Positions 40,307-53,841 of a stretch of DNA of 64,000 nucleotides are shown piece after piece; positions within the stretch are counted from its first letter, which is position 1; the number at the start of each line of letters is the position of its first letter. Origin of the DNA: Glycera tridactyla (lineage: Eukaryota). The DNA is taken from NCBI GenBank assembly GCA_965644265.1, contig OZ286462.1, forward strand, positions 39,680,001 to 39,744,000, written 5' to 3'. The notes below the pieces were generated by a model, which had not been told where the DNA came from, did not search any database, and saw only the letters and a list, made by a program, of their open reading frames with translations. The translations under genes and the position numbers were made by a program.

Positions 40307-42273
40307 ACTGCATTCATGGGGAAGATTCTTGCCAGATTGCAGTAATTTCTCAATTTCCATTTTTTATCTGATTTTTGAAAGTTGCATTTTGGATACAAAG
40401 CCTTTCAAAATCTTCTTGAGGTATATTTCAATGCAGATACTATACAATTATTTTGTAGAGACTCTTTACTGAAATACTCCCTGACAAACACAAATGAAAG
40501 TGGGAGATCGAGGAGTGCCAGCAATTATGGATCGAATCGTGCCAAATGTATGGGCTGATTAGATGGACCTGTCACTATACATAGATATCAAACTCTAAAA
40601 TGACCTCCCTATATCCCCGGACCCAACATAATGCCCCCATCACTAACAGGTCAATATGGTGGATAGAATCAATGAAATCCCACCAACTGTTTCCTTGCCA
40701 GGTACATATAAAATACCCGCAACTATTTGACAGGCGTGAATGAACCTGTATCCTCTGATTTACAAATACTATTTGACGTGACAGAGAGCCTATCAAACTA
40801 TGTCAAATATGCTGATATTGGAGTATTTGCTATTGTCACAGTTAGGTTGGCATGATTTTAAACCACCCTCAATATTTGGGGATCAATAGCATTCTGAATC
40901 AAGAGAAAATCGCTGATATTCAAGGAATGGTGCACTTCATAAGAAGGGGAGCACTTCATAGGAAGAAAGGAAGGGCCTGAATTATGAAATGCTTCTACCT
41001 GTCTGTCTTAACTTGTGAACTACAACCATTCAATACCTGAGACTTCTTCAGAAGTGTTTTTCTGATTAGATTCGGTCTCTTGACATTTTCGAGGTGAGCA
41101 GGACAAGGTATACTGCCAATGGCAGAACTGATTCACTTGGCACCGGGAAGAGACAAGATTCCATCATAGGAAATCTTCTCATGTCATGCAACCAACCTTG
41201 TTATAAGTGGTTATAACAGGTTTTACCTGGCAGCACACATCTCCTCAAAAGAACTGAACAGAACTCTTTTCCGACTGAATTCATCTTTGCAAATGAACAC
41301 TATTGCAACACAATTACCGACTGGTAGCTTTCTAGAACTTCATCCTCACTCAAAATAAGACGCTTTATTTGAGAGAAATGGAGAAAAAAAGGAAGGGTCC
41401 AATTGTTCAAGCTCGTGGATTCCTCAGCAGCTCAGGTGATTTTTTGGGGGAATTCACCAAGTAAGCCCTACAAGAACATGTGGGAATTGAATAAGGTATG
41501 ATCGTTCATTCATCTACATGATAGGGAAATCATACATTCTGCTACCATCACCACCCCTGCCACCACCAACATCATTTCCACCACCTGCACCACCATGGCT
41601 ACTGCCGAAAGTACTTTTATATCGTTGTTTGTTTTCCTTTTTCAATTTTACAATGTTTGCCTTACCCAGCCTAGCATACCATTTCTCCAAGAGAATCTAA
41701 CGCAGAACATATTTCCACTATAAAATCTTGTCTATCTCACAAAGTTGTGCATGTCACATCATGCAGTGCACATTGAGTAACTATAGACCACATCCAAGTT
41801 CGGGTCGCGGGGTCAATCAACTCTAATTCAACATCTATACAACTGTTTTTCCTTTGCTAGAGATACCTGCAATTTTAACACCATCGGAGGCTTTTTATAG
41901 ACGTCTCCATAGCAATTACGCTTTTTGTCCTGTCTGACACCTGAACCAGTGATATATGCATCCTCTACCAATATTCACAATGTGATGGGCACCCGTCCAA
42001 GAAGGCCGTTGATTTCTACTGTGGCCCATGAAAAGAAGAGTTCATGAGAGTGCATGATGCCACTTGCTGTTTAATGTGATACCAAGTACAGCTAGGATGG
42101 CACCTCATGCCATCACTCTCGCACATTACAAGGCTAAGATCATACAAATTTAAGACAAGTAATGAGTACTAATAAAAAAGATACTACCTAATATCATGAG
42201 ATCTGAGAGATTCCACCTATTTAATAGACATGAAATGTGTTTAGTTAATCAATATTGAGATGGTGAGAAACTA

Positions 42274-42446
42274 GAATAAAACCTGCCATGAAATGCCCTA
42301 ATGAGAGACCACCTGTTTTGTGAGACCATCTCCTGTGATCTCTTTGTCTCTAAAAGCTTGCCAAATTTGCTGCCAATGAGACCACCTCTTTTGAGAAACC
42401 GGTTCTTGTTGGCATTTAGGATGGTCCCTCATAGCAGGTTTCACTG
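42274..42446 (+). mobile_element. TA-flanked MITE of the CAGT-TIR family
   Basis: TAAAACCTGC ... GCAGGTTTCACTG|TA with GAGACCACCT repeats. Confidence 0.78.
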
Positions 42447-43755
42447 TATACTGATCAATGATGGACTTTTCATTGCTTGGAAATACAGCAGTATCGTATT
42501 TAATATATTCAAGGATCAATACCTGAATGATATCCTCAATGTATCAAGTCGATGATAATTAGTCCAAGATTTGGTTTCAAAACTAATGCCTGCTGAAGGA
42601 ATCTCATTTTTGATTTGTTAGCACTTTGATGTATTTTCAAACAGATGACGGATGATCTTGTGAAATCTTCAAGCTAACTTCATTGAATACAATGCATTTT
42701 ATTTCACTGAAATAATGGTAGGCCCTATATATCTATCTATATATTGCATTAGGTTTATGGAACTGGTTATTGGTATGGACTCAAGAAAATATAACATGCC
42801 AGATACATTGACACATTTAACAGGCACCCAGCAGTGTAGAAACCAATACATCACCTCATTTGTCAATGTGTAAAGAAAAAAATTATAGTCAGCAATTTAC
42901 AACTCAAAGATTGTCATTCTCTGAGATTCTTGTGTGTTTGGAGCAATCTGTCAAACTGTCAACAATTGACAGATGACACTCAGATATTTAATGCAGGTCA
43001 GCAAAAAAATGATTCAAAGAATGATAAGGATTTTTATGTGGCATCCACATCTTGATGATTGTTGTATCTCACCTTACAGGCCTTATGCTTTATCCAGCAT
43101 CTTTATCATCAAAGTGATGGATGATGAGCAAATGATGATGCCCAAGGCTGAATCATTGTGGCAAAAACATACCAAAGTATGCATTTTCTGATTCACTGAT
43201 GCCCTCGGAGGAAGACAGAATTTTTTGAAATGTGATACAATTGCCTAAAAATATCCCAATTTCTTCTTTAGCATTTTTGGAAAAAATGTGTATCATTCTC
43301 AAATTTATATATTATACACCCCCCCCCCCCCCCCCTCCCTAAACTTCTTTGCTAAGTAAATCCTCCATAAAAAAGGGGGTCACATGGAACTTGAATTTGT
43401 ACTAGACAGCTCAGATTATAGAACCTGGGAGAAAATTAAAGGATGTTTCACCATCGGCATGCAGACAGGGTCACTTTTGTGAATTCAAACGATATAGTCA
43501 TGCTTTTGTTGTCATTCAGCACCCTATGACATGGCGGCAAGCTTTGCTGTAATGATCCATTCACTCACTCACTTTCATGCATTGTCCGGTGAGGAATACT
43601 ACCTAAAGTAGAGTTTATATCATGACAATGTAGAGGCACATCAAAGATCTTGCCGGATGACATGCATGTGCTCTTCACATCCTGGGTTTAACTGACAGTC
43701 TCACAACAGGCATTACTGGCCAACTACCATGGTATCCGCAAAGGTAGACTCAACC

Positions 43756-43804
43756 CACAGGTGAGCTAATGGGTCACCCATCACACAGGTGAGCTAATGG
43801 GTCA
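43756..43804. repeat. 21-bp direct repeat, period 28
   Basis: CACAGGTGAGCTAATGGGTCA at 43756 and 43784. Confidence 0.9.
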
Positions 43805-44700
43805 ATAAGATGGGGTGATTTTCAGAAACATGCTGATACATTCGAAAGTGGCATGGTATGTTATACCTGCCAAGGTTCTCTGTGAAAATCACAAGAATTG
43901 ACAACCTCAGCTTTGATTCTTATTTTTCACCCATCTGCTGGGAGGTAAATTCCAAATCTACGTGCGCACTTTGGAAATCTACCTGCCCTAATCAGGTGGG
44001 AGGCCATCTCTTCCGGCATTGATTAGGACTGGAGAAATGTCTCCCTATAAACAGGAAATTGATTTTCCCATTCTGATACATGGCTAAAAAATCAGGTTAT
44101 TCACAACATAACAACATAATTTTGGTTACGACCACCTGGCAATAAACATCATGTATTGATGAGATACTTTTCCCCTGAAAAAAATTGAATCATTTTAGAT
44201 GGAATTGGTCTGAAACAGGGAATATGACAGAATAATGATGGCATGTATTCACAAGATTGAATAACTACATACATTCTGATTGACAGAGGATAGAATGAAG
44301 ATGGAAGGGCAAAATGCACTGGATATTGTCAACTTCTTTAGGGATAGTCGGTTTCAGAGAAGGGTTAGTTATTATATCTTAGCAACACCTTGTCTATCAT
44401 GTCAATGATCTTAAACATGCAATCACGTTTTTTTTCAGTCCTGTGAAAATGGACCACCGGCAATCTTCACATTAAAGAATTAAGCTGTCAAGCCTCTCTC
44501 ATTCGGACAGGCGAGAGATGCATTTGTGATGGAAAAAAACTTACATGCACATCCTTGTGTGACATGTAGACGTTTAAGAAGTGGTGAATCCCCATCAAAG
44601 ACGCATACATCACTAATAACAGCTACGGCTGTCATCATCAAAATCCAATTTCCCATGCTGGATATTTCCACATGAATATGAGGGCACCTTCTGAGTTTCA

Positions 44701-44866
44701 TTTATAAAGACCGCCTTCGGTCGCATCAAAAGGCGGTCTTTATAGGCAGGTGGTCTTCTTAGAGAGGTCATTTACTGTTGAAAATACTATCACGGTCACA
44801 GCTCAGGGTGGTCTTTATAGACAGGTTGTCTTTATAGAGAGGTGGTCTTTAGAGCAGGTTCGACTG
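44701..44866 (-). mobile_element. MITE subfamily B, reverse orientation, one end rearranged
   Basis: Reverse core GGTCATTTACTGTTGAAAATACTATCACGGTCACAGCTCAGGG and end CAGGTTCGACTG|TA. The left end is replaced by a hairpin. Confidence 0.8.
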
Positions 44867-44880
44867 TATAGTCAAACTAA

Positions 44881-45063
44881 CAGTAAATTCAATCAGATGA
44901 AGATAGATTTCCAGAATTATGATTATATTTTGTTAAACTACCCTCAGCTAATCTCAAATGTATCTATCTTGAGACTTCAAGCAAGTTTTTCAACAATTTC
45001 TGAATTTGAACTTTTCACCCAAATTTTCGGAATTCCAAAAATGTTCGGAAAATGGCATCACTG
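44881..45063 (+). mobile_element. CAGTGATG-family element
   Basis: Shares GATGAAG..ATTTCCAG, TAAACTACCC and CTCAAATGTATCT with other copies. Ends TTCGGAAAATGGCATCACTG. Confidence 0.65.
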
Positions 45064-45716
45064 TACCAAGGACACCAATTGGCAATGAGAAAACACAGTA
45101 GGATAGCATCCACAATGCACATCTAAACAGAACATTCAGAAAGGAGAACATTATCATTTTGATCTAGGATTCAGTCGATAATGTATATTTCTAAACACTG
45201 CAGAATATGATAGGGGCAGCGCATGATTATGCGACACTAATTACTTTATGAATGCAGTTGGTGGTAGTTTTTCAAACAACCATTTCTGACATAATTCTAG
45301 GGCACACAGCAACATCTGCCACTTTCAATGAAAGCCATGTGTGAATGTATTTCATTCCTTACTATTAATGTGATGAGAGCACGGAGGACAAAATTCACCA
45401 ATGCCAATCTCTGTGTCACATGGGATACCCTCATGTGTTAGTAGGTGACATCGGGAGGAACTCAGGTGGTATGGATCATATCAGTTCTTCCCAGGTCAGA
45501 TACCCATCTCACTAAGGGTGAAGGTTCAACCCAAATGGTGAAAGTAATTTCAATTACCATGGAAATTGAGAGAATCTATGTCATTTTGAGTGCATCTACT
45601 TTTAGTGAAACAAGGCCCGTTTCATCTGTGGAATCTGCGTATTCATTCCTCAGGCTACAATGGCGGCTAAGGTTTTTGTAATGGGACCAGAACATAGTAA
45701 GGATGTTGAGCGGATA

Positions 45717-45912
45717 CACATAAAACCTGTCATAAGAGACACCTTGACGAAAGACCAACCCCTGATGGGAGACCATCATATCAAGGTAGTTTTATCTGGC
45801 ATAGTCAATTATACCTCTGACATGACACACTTCCCCCCCCCCCAAAAAAAAAATTAATTGAAGGCCACTTTTCGTGACATCCAGGGCTTCTGGTCTCTCA
45901 TTGCAGATTTCA
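45717..45912 (+). mobile_element. Degenerate MITE interrupted by a C/A run
   Basis: TAAAACCTGTCATAAGAGAC start, GGGAGACC and GCCACTTTT motifs, core CATAGTCAATTATACCTC. Confidence 0.6.
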
Positions 45913-48900
45913 AGATGCAGATTTCATGCAACATTTGCACTGGAGTGAATATTTGACCATAGCATTCCAATCTACAGTGTGAGTCTGAAGTGGTCTGAAT
46001 TTGTATTTCCATCTTGAACAAGGTCAGTGAGATGAACTAGGTCAAAACTTTTTGGTGGATGGTTGAGATAAAAAGCTTCATCTCTATCCAGTTTAAGTGT
46101 AGGTTGCATGATGGAAGGATGTTTATCATTTTTAATTGGGCAAAATGTTTCTTAGTCGCCTTGTTTGGCCTGTGGGGATTGATCAAACCTTGAACCCAAA
46201 ATGGTCTGTATGAGTGACACACCAATTACAATTTTCAATTTTTCATAAAGTGTGAGCATTCTAAAGATTTGTAATGATGGTTAACAGTATGATTTGTCAT
46301 ATATTTCCATATCAAAGTCTCATTTTCAAATCAAGCCATAATCTATAAAATCTTATAAATCCTAAGAAAACACTCCCATATTCCCTGAAAAGTATCACTT
46401 GGAGAGCTTCCTATTTGGATCTCAGGGACCAAACATTGAGGAATTTGAAGTGCTTGTTCATTCCATTTCCCACTATATTTGAATAATTATGCATTTATGA
46501 CTAATATAATCCTCATGCAAAGGGGCACCAGAAAGACAACTGATATTGCATGTCGTGGGTAGCAGTTTCCATACATTTCACAGGCACATTTGAAGACCAA
46601 GTTGAGCAGAGGTCACCAAAGTAATATACATTTCTATAACAGTGACTATTAAGTTTATGATATTCTCATATATATTTGACACAGACATGCTAATGTACAT
46701 AGACATCTGTTGAGTTATCAGCCAAGCTGCAAACCATGCCTGGGAACTAGACATAATGGTTGTCATGAAAATGATTTATCATTGCAAGAACACTGGCATT
46801 AAAGCCATATAATCAGAAATAACTTGTTTTATTTCAACTAACATATGGAGAAATCTCACCAATGACCCTTCATATGTCATGCGAAATATGAAGCCTTTTT
46901 TCAAACAAGAAGTGACAAAATGTTGAATTGATAAGGAAATTTCTTCCAAATAGTTGGGTATCAGTTGGCCAGAAGAACCACTGCAATGGCTCCCTAGTGC
47001 TTATGATATGAATGGTGTTAGTGGTATGGAGTAGAAAGCACTCCCTGGACTCCATGTTTCTCCCATGTCACCATGAGGAAAGCTGGCCAATCACAGATTA
47101 TATGTGTATACAAGTCACAGGTCAATATTGACCAATCAAAGATTCTGTATATAATTACCTCACAGTCAATATGGGCCAATCAGTGGCAGCCGCTTATATG
47201 AGGGGTAGGGCTCCTTTCAGGAAGGCAGGTGGCCAAGCTGATATTCACCGGTCCAGGAGCATGCATTGATCGGGATTTCTTAAGAATGATGGAATCATAT
47301 TGGTGACATAATTCCTCCCATATTTCCTCTACATCTTCATGATAATTTATACACAAACCAGCAATTTCAATGGGAAGAAGCAGGATTCTCGGAAATGTCA
47401 TTAGATTCTGTAAATATTACCCTCACATATAATCAAAAGTATATGCAACTTCATGCCAGATTCAGGCAACTTCTCAACCTTGATTTCTCATCGGAAATTT
47501 TTTTATGGGAAGTGGCATCATTTACATATACAAGAAAATAATTTACTGCACTTCACAAGATACTCTACTGATTGATCTCTTGGGACTAGGAATTGAAATA
47601 GGTCTACTGTAAAATTTAAAATATCAATGAAAGAATGCTGGAATGGCACAGAATTTATTGACCACCTATGAGATTTGATCAGAATTGTCAACAACTGCAT
47701 GACTGAATTGGGGAGCGGTGGGAAAGTCCAATGCAACTTAGAGTCAGTCTATATTGGGTGTGTACCATTAAATATACAAGAGAGTATTTTCACAAAACGA
47801 TTTTGCCATAGGCAAATCTCATCCCATACTCCAAAGTATTAATCATGTCTTACCCCTGAGAACATTCTGCTGATCAAAGGAGCGAATGCTCAATTTGAAA
47901 TCAATAATGGGTCTCATTGTTTGTTTATCTTCTGCAAGATAAGATGTGAAATGTACATGCTGATATACACAAATCATAAGGGATATTATCATCAAATGAA
48001 AAAATACCAATCATTGGAGGGAAAAAATCACAGTATGAATCGCAGCCATTGTAACAGACTTGTGGGAGAGATCGAATCCTCCCAGCTGTGCCTGGAGGGT
48101 ATAATCCATAAAATAAATGTTCCACAGTGGGGTGTTTATGGGTATTTTCTTACATACTTACACCCTGAAGAATAGGCCAGTGTATCTTGGGAATGGCCTT
48201 GAGTGACATGCTTGATTATAACTTGAGTATTAACCCTTCAAATGCCTGAGTTGAAGCAGCCAGTGGTCCACATGATGTACCTCTGCATTCGTCCAATAGG
48301 GTATTGTGTCATTTCCAAAACTGGACATTATATAAGCTGTAATTGGTCAATGCATCACAGCCAATCAGGTCATTGAAGACACATGTGAACTCATACAAAG
48401 TGGGAATGACCAGTGACCTTGGATCCTACCTACGGTCTCTGGCCTGATTGAATTTGTGAAAAAAAACCCAGATAAATGGCAATTCATAACATCCCAGGAT
48501 GAGGGTATATAAGGATTGGGTAATTCTAGTTTGTAGGAATGGACGAAATACTTGCCAAATTAATGGGCGGAAGACTGGGGAGGGAGAAGAAGCAATGCAT
48601 GGATCACTCAGTAATTAAATGTACCATAGTCAAAAATATCAGGCAATATTCGAAAATGGCTGAGGTCCTATCTGGAAAACAAAAAACTTTAAGAATCTGG
48701 CGAGAGTTGGATAAATTCACTGATTTTCTGGAATCATAGGTTTTCTGTAGGTGAACAAAATGTGTATTTCAATGAAATGCAGAGGTCAAACGGTGAAAGT
48801 GAAGTCTCCCAATCAACTGCCCCCTTTGGCAAAATGGCTCTCATTTCACCAGCGTCTCCCACAGAATTCCCACAAACTGACCCAATCACAATGCCTCGAT

Positions 48901-49829
48901 TCTTCCACAAGCTGGTCCTTCTTGGGAGTCTTGTTTGAGCTCAATCTATGATGTGACACTCACTCCGATAACATACATACTGAGTCACTGAGTGACGCTG
49001 TACCTTCTACCCCTTTAGAATTTCACAGCTGAACTTCTTGATCCTTGCCTCCTGATGACAATTTGTCCACACATCATTCAATTTAGCTAACTTTCAAACA
49101 TAAAAATGCAGCGATTTTCAGACACTGGTAGAATTCATGGGCTTTAAAAGTATATTGACATAGTTTTCATGCGCCATTTCCATGTTATTTCATCTTAAAA
49201 AATCATTTGCCTTTTGGATGCATTTATCAACAATGGCTTCACTTCCACACAACGTTTGTGATCGGATGCAAGAAAAAAAATCAATATATCTTGAGATTAT
49301 ATGCCAACCAAATGAACGCACCCTCAAATGGGTTTTTCATTTTAATGTATGATTCCCAGAGGGGCAGTATGGTACGGAATCAATGTATGGCTAAGTGGGG
49401 GTGGTCTAGCTAATTCTAAGATTCGAGCACCAGATACGAGATGACGTTGATGACGGGAAGTCTGGCGCTCTCAGTATGACTTGTTTACTATCAAGTTGAA
49501 GTGGTTCTAAGGCGGAGTGTGACCCGTGTTCTGTGTTGTGTTACACGGAATGCAGTTAGAATTTATATTAGATGTTTGGCATGTTTATTCAGTGACATAC
49601 ATCATAATTGGACCTCCTACCATACAGGAACGTAATGAAAATACCACACATGCTGAGTGCTGAGACCTAGTGCCAGCTGTCCCTCGAATCATTCCAAAAG
49701 ATTCTGTTTTACCCTCAATTTCAGAGCTGAGTCTCACTTGCCAAACTCGCCTCCCAAAATCCTGATGGTGTGTTAAATTGATAGGAAATTCAAGTCAAAC
49801 ATGTGATGAAATAGTAGACGAGAGACCAT

Positions 49830-49958
49830 NNNNNNNNNNNNNNNNNNNNNNNNNNNNNNNNNNNNNNNNNNNNNNNNNNNNNNNNNNNNNNNNNNNNNNN
49901 NNNNNNNNNNNNNNNNNNNNNNNNNNNNNNNNNNNNNNNNNNNNNNNNNNNNNNNNNN
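49830..49958. other. Assembly gap (129 N)
   Basis: N run. Confidence 1.
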
Positions 49959-52178
49959 GAATGAGTGCTAAGTAGTGTACTGTAACTTGTAGGTAAAGTG
50001 AAAGTTGCATCATTGTATACTCCTCAAACTATCAAATGCTTCCTTCAGAATGGCCTGACTTTGTGGTTAACAACACTGAGCAATTCCGATGGAGAAATCA
50101 CTTGAATGGTTCTCCTTCCCACTTACTACTGGCAAAACATGTTTCTGCCTAAAGCGGTTCTATGCCATACTATGTAAAAACGGGGGCAGATTCACTAATA
50201 GCGAAAGTATTTGCAATGATCATATAAGAAGAGAATTTCCTGCGGGTAATATTGTGCATTTATTCTCCATAATTTTAATCATTACTATCTCTCTAAGCAG
50301 AGATGCCAACCTTTGCAGGAATAAATAGCGAATCATTAGAAGAGTAGTGGTGACAATATTTGCAATGAAATGATGAAATCCTTTATTTTGTGTGGAATGG
50401 TAAAATTTCAATCCAAAAGCTTCATTTGTGCCCATCCCCTGCTGGCCAGCAACTTCCAATTATAGAACATTTGCTGGTAAGTTGCTATGGTTACCAATCA
50501 AACCAGGAGCAACATGCAAGGGCAACAGGGTACTCTATCAATCATGGTGAAACCCTCCGTGGCCAGGAATGGCAGGGCGGAGTTTGTGTATATACAGCGT
50601 TGACTTGTTAAATCCGTCTGTCTACAGGTTAAGTAGCTGTTATTGCATTGTTTGATTACCTTTAATTACCATGACACAGGCCAACAACAGCAGGTGTTTA
50701 ACCATGAACAAATGGCATGTAGTTACATGACGGACATTAAACATTGAAACCTACTCACAAGTTCTGTCAACATAGAGAAATTTATCAGTCTATATGATAC
50801 AGGAACATGCGAGTGACAAAGTTATTTCATTTTTATGATAATCACAGTGAGTTTGATTGTGACTGAATTCAATTTGGTTGTACTTCCTGAAATATTTGAC
50901 AAATACTCTATTTTGCATGATACAGGGAGCAAAATCCTCACCATCTAAAAACATTATTGTTTTAAATCAACCATGCCTATTCAGTTGGGACAGCAGTGCT
51001 GGAGGCAAAGTCATTGTTTGGCGTAGAGCAGGCATGCTAATCTCAGCCTCAATCATCAGTAGTGATCACATCACAAATGTCACTTCATCCCCACAATTCA
51101 CAAAGATTAGCTCTAGCCAGAAATATCTATGCAGACATTTTTGGACAGAGTTTAATTGGCACTGACTGGTATGCTATCTAATTAGCTGGACACTAATTTT
51201 TATGACTTTTAGAATTCCATGAGTCACAACATGGTAATAACTGTTCCCCCAATCACGATCACGCATAGACTTGCCACAGGTTCCCCAAGCTCGAGAATGC
51301 ATACATTAAGATTACATGGTAACACTTATAATCCAGGACATGGATGCCAGTGTCAACTTGAATATATTCAAACAACCTTAGTTTTTGCGTTCTTGATTAA
51401 TGTCCAAAGCCAATTAGTTTCAACATCTACACATGTAATGATCATGTCGATACATTCATCCAACATGCTAACCCACAAACACATTTTTTCCCAATCTTTC
51501 AGAAAACCTCAACACCAGTGTCCCTTGCTACTTGGTTGGAAGAATCATCAGAGTCCCCTGATGAGAGACCTCCCATTCTTGGAATTTTTCAAATCTGAAA
51601 AAGTGGCTGAATGGTATATATGCATCGGTCTGCCCTGTAGAAACGCATTCTGGCTCTGACCCACTCTGTATGCACAAGCCTGGCCTGTTCTTTGTCCAGG
51701 GGTGTCACCCGATTAGTATGAGGAAACCCAGGTGGAAAAAAAGTCAACAAATTGGGTCAAAATATGTCAGCACTTGTGCATGGTCAACAGTGTTTTGCTG
51801 TTTGAATTTTTCTCACTGGTCTTTGATACGCATGGACTGTAGGGAAAAAATTGTTTGTCATGATCATAATGAATACATTCTTTGTTAAAAACCTTGACGT
51901 GTGGGAGAAAATAGAATTTTTATTGACTGATACAGGATTAGGTAGACGTGTAACTGCTACTTAAAGAGTACAGTTTACCTCAAGCAATATGGGTGACAGA
52001 TTTGGCTTGACGTTAACCAGAAGAGTAATTGTCGCCATCCAGTTTGGAGACTTGTGAATACTTCTGCTAAACTTGGTAACTGAACATTCCTTACAAATAC
52101 ATATAGTATTATTTGATAATGCATGATTTGTTGGATCCATGATACTGTCAAACTTCAAGGTTGACAACTTCAACCATA

Positions 52179-52359
52179 CAGTGATGTCGATGAAATGAAT
52201 CTAAACTTTCTGAAATATGGGTAGATTCTTAAACTACCCCGACATATTCTCAGACATATCTGGTCTCAAACATACATTCAAATTCCTGAAATTGCTGGAT
52301 ACAGAATTTTGACAAAATTTTTCGAAAATCAGAAAATTTCCGGAAAGTTGGCATCACTG
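52179..52359 (+). mobile_element. Second non-autonomous family (CAGTGATG...CATCACTG termini), ~155-180 bp
   Basis: Left CAGTGATGTCG, right GTTGGCATCACTG preceded by AAAATTTTTCGAAAATCAGAAAATTTCCGGAAA. No clear target-site duplication. The termini resemble hAT-type TIRs (inference). Confidence 0.7.
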
Positions 52360-53355
52360 ACTATAACCCAGATAAGAAAGATTAACCAAAATAGAATCCA
52401 AGCTAATCAACACAAAGAGAAGAAAAATATCAGTTTTCGACAACCTGATCATCTAATCAATGGAGTTCACCCAAGTGGATTAACCTACAAATCTACAAAA
52501 TTACACTCAGTGTGAAAAGGGGTTTGGTTAATTGAGCTATCAGAATAAATGATACATTTCGAGTGTGCAGACCCATTTGTGTGAACAAACGGCAATGAAC
52601 AAGTTTTTCGTTTCTTAGATACATGGAACTTGCTCATGGCACACAGAAGTCTGTTGGGTGTGCCTGCTGGGCACATGAGATTTCCTTTAGGAAAATCATC
52701 CTCACCCTAGTCACCTACATCAAAAACATTAAGATTCCATTTCCAAACTGCCAGAACTACAAGACAACCTCAAGCCAGCTCCTATCAACTCCATACTCTG
52801 GTGCAAGCTTCAGTAAGGGGAACAAATAACTATGTCAGGAAAGATCAACCACATTTTGAGCTGTCAAAAAACTATTCCTTTTCTCATCACTATGCAGCTG
52901 AGAAATTTTAGTGTGGGCTGAACACACAGTCGATGATGACAAAAAGTGGTGAGAGGTTGACTACGCTGTTGACAAGAATGGGCGGAAGAAATGGGTCAGA
53001 AAAATGTAGGTGACATATCTTATGGCGCACGACTATTACAAGTGATCTGAATGTTCAAATGGCATATCCAATACGGTAGTGGGTGCTGCATCAAAACCAT
53101 GTGTTACCCCACACCATACCAGATACTGGATTGGATTGACAGCTCCCAACAATAAAGACTGACCCTAGTGGTATGGGATGAAGAAGCTTATCTCGAGAAT
53201 GGTGACATATGGTGATTTATGACTGTTTGATGCCCCATGATGCTCTTCAATATGTACCCACTCAGTCTCCGATCCTGGGTATGAGTTTGACTGATCTCAC
53301 ATGCCAGTATCTCTGAAGATATCCCAATAATGCCTGATAAATGCTGTGAGCTATC

Positions 53356-53666
53356 TAGTGATATCAGTGAGATGAAGCAGAATATTTTGCAAATACACTC
53401 GAACCTCCTCAGAGACCACCTCTTTATACAGTCCAACTCTCTAGAAAGGACACCCTGAGCTGCGACCATGGTAGTATTTTCAACAGTAAATGACCGCTCT
53501 ATAGAGACCACCTGCATATAAAGGCGGTCTTTATAGAAAGATTCTACTGTATGCATAATCTCAGAAGTATCTACTAAAATTTCCTGCCAGGTTGCAGGAA
53601 TTTCTCCCTTACAGCCACTCATCCATATCTCATAATTCAGAAAGTTTCAGAGAAACGATATCACTG
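53356..53666 (+). mobile_element. CAGTGATG-family element split by a nested MITE B
   Basis: TAGTGATATCAG ... CGATATCACTG. Removing the 156-bp insertion leaves ~155 bp, the same size as 37561-37716. Confidence 0.6.
53396..53549 (+). mobile_element. TA-flanked MITE, subfamily B, nested in a CAGTGATG-type element
   Basis: TA|CACTCGAACCT ... GATTCTACTG|TA with the subfamily B core. Confidence 0.82.
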
Positions 53667-53841
53667 ACAAGTTTTTTCTCTATCACTATGTTCAAGACAC
53701 TCTAGACAAGGGTTGGTTCAATATGATGGATGGACAGGGGTGAAATCCCACCGGACAAAGAGACATAAAATCTGAAACAGCATTTCAATAAAATCCAGTC
53801 CGCTGCAAGAAGAAGGTGGAGTGATGGAGATAAGAACTCAC

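Larger units (their letters stand above)
3417..53841 (-). other. Large GT-AG intron of the protocadherin gene (~50.4 kb)
   Basis: Bounded by the GTGAGT donor (53841) and TTGTAG acceptor (3417). No credible long ORF inside. May contain undetected small exons, and includes two N gaps. Confidence 0.7.
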
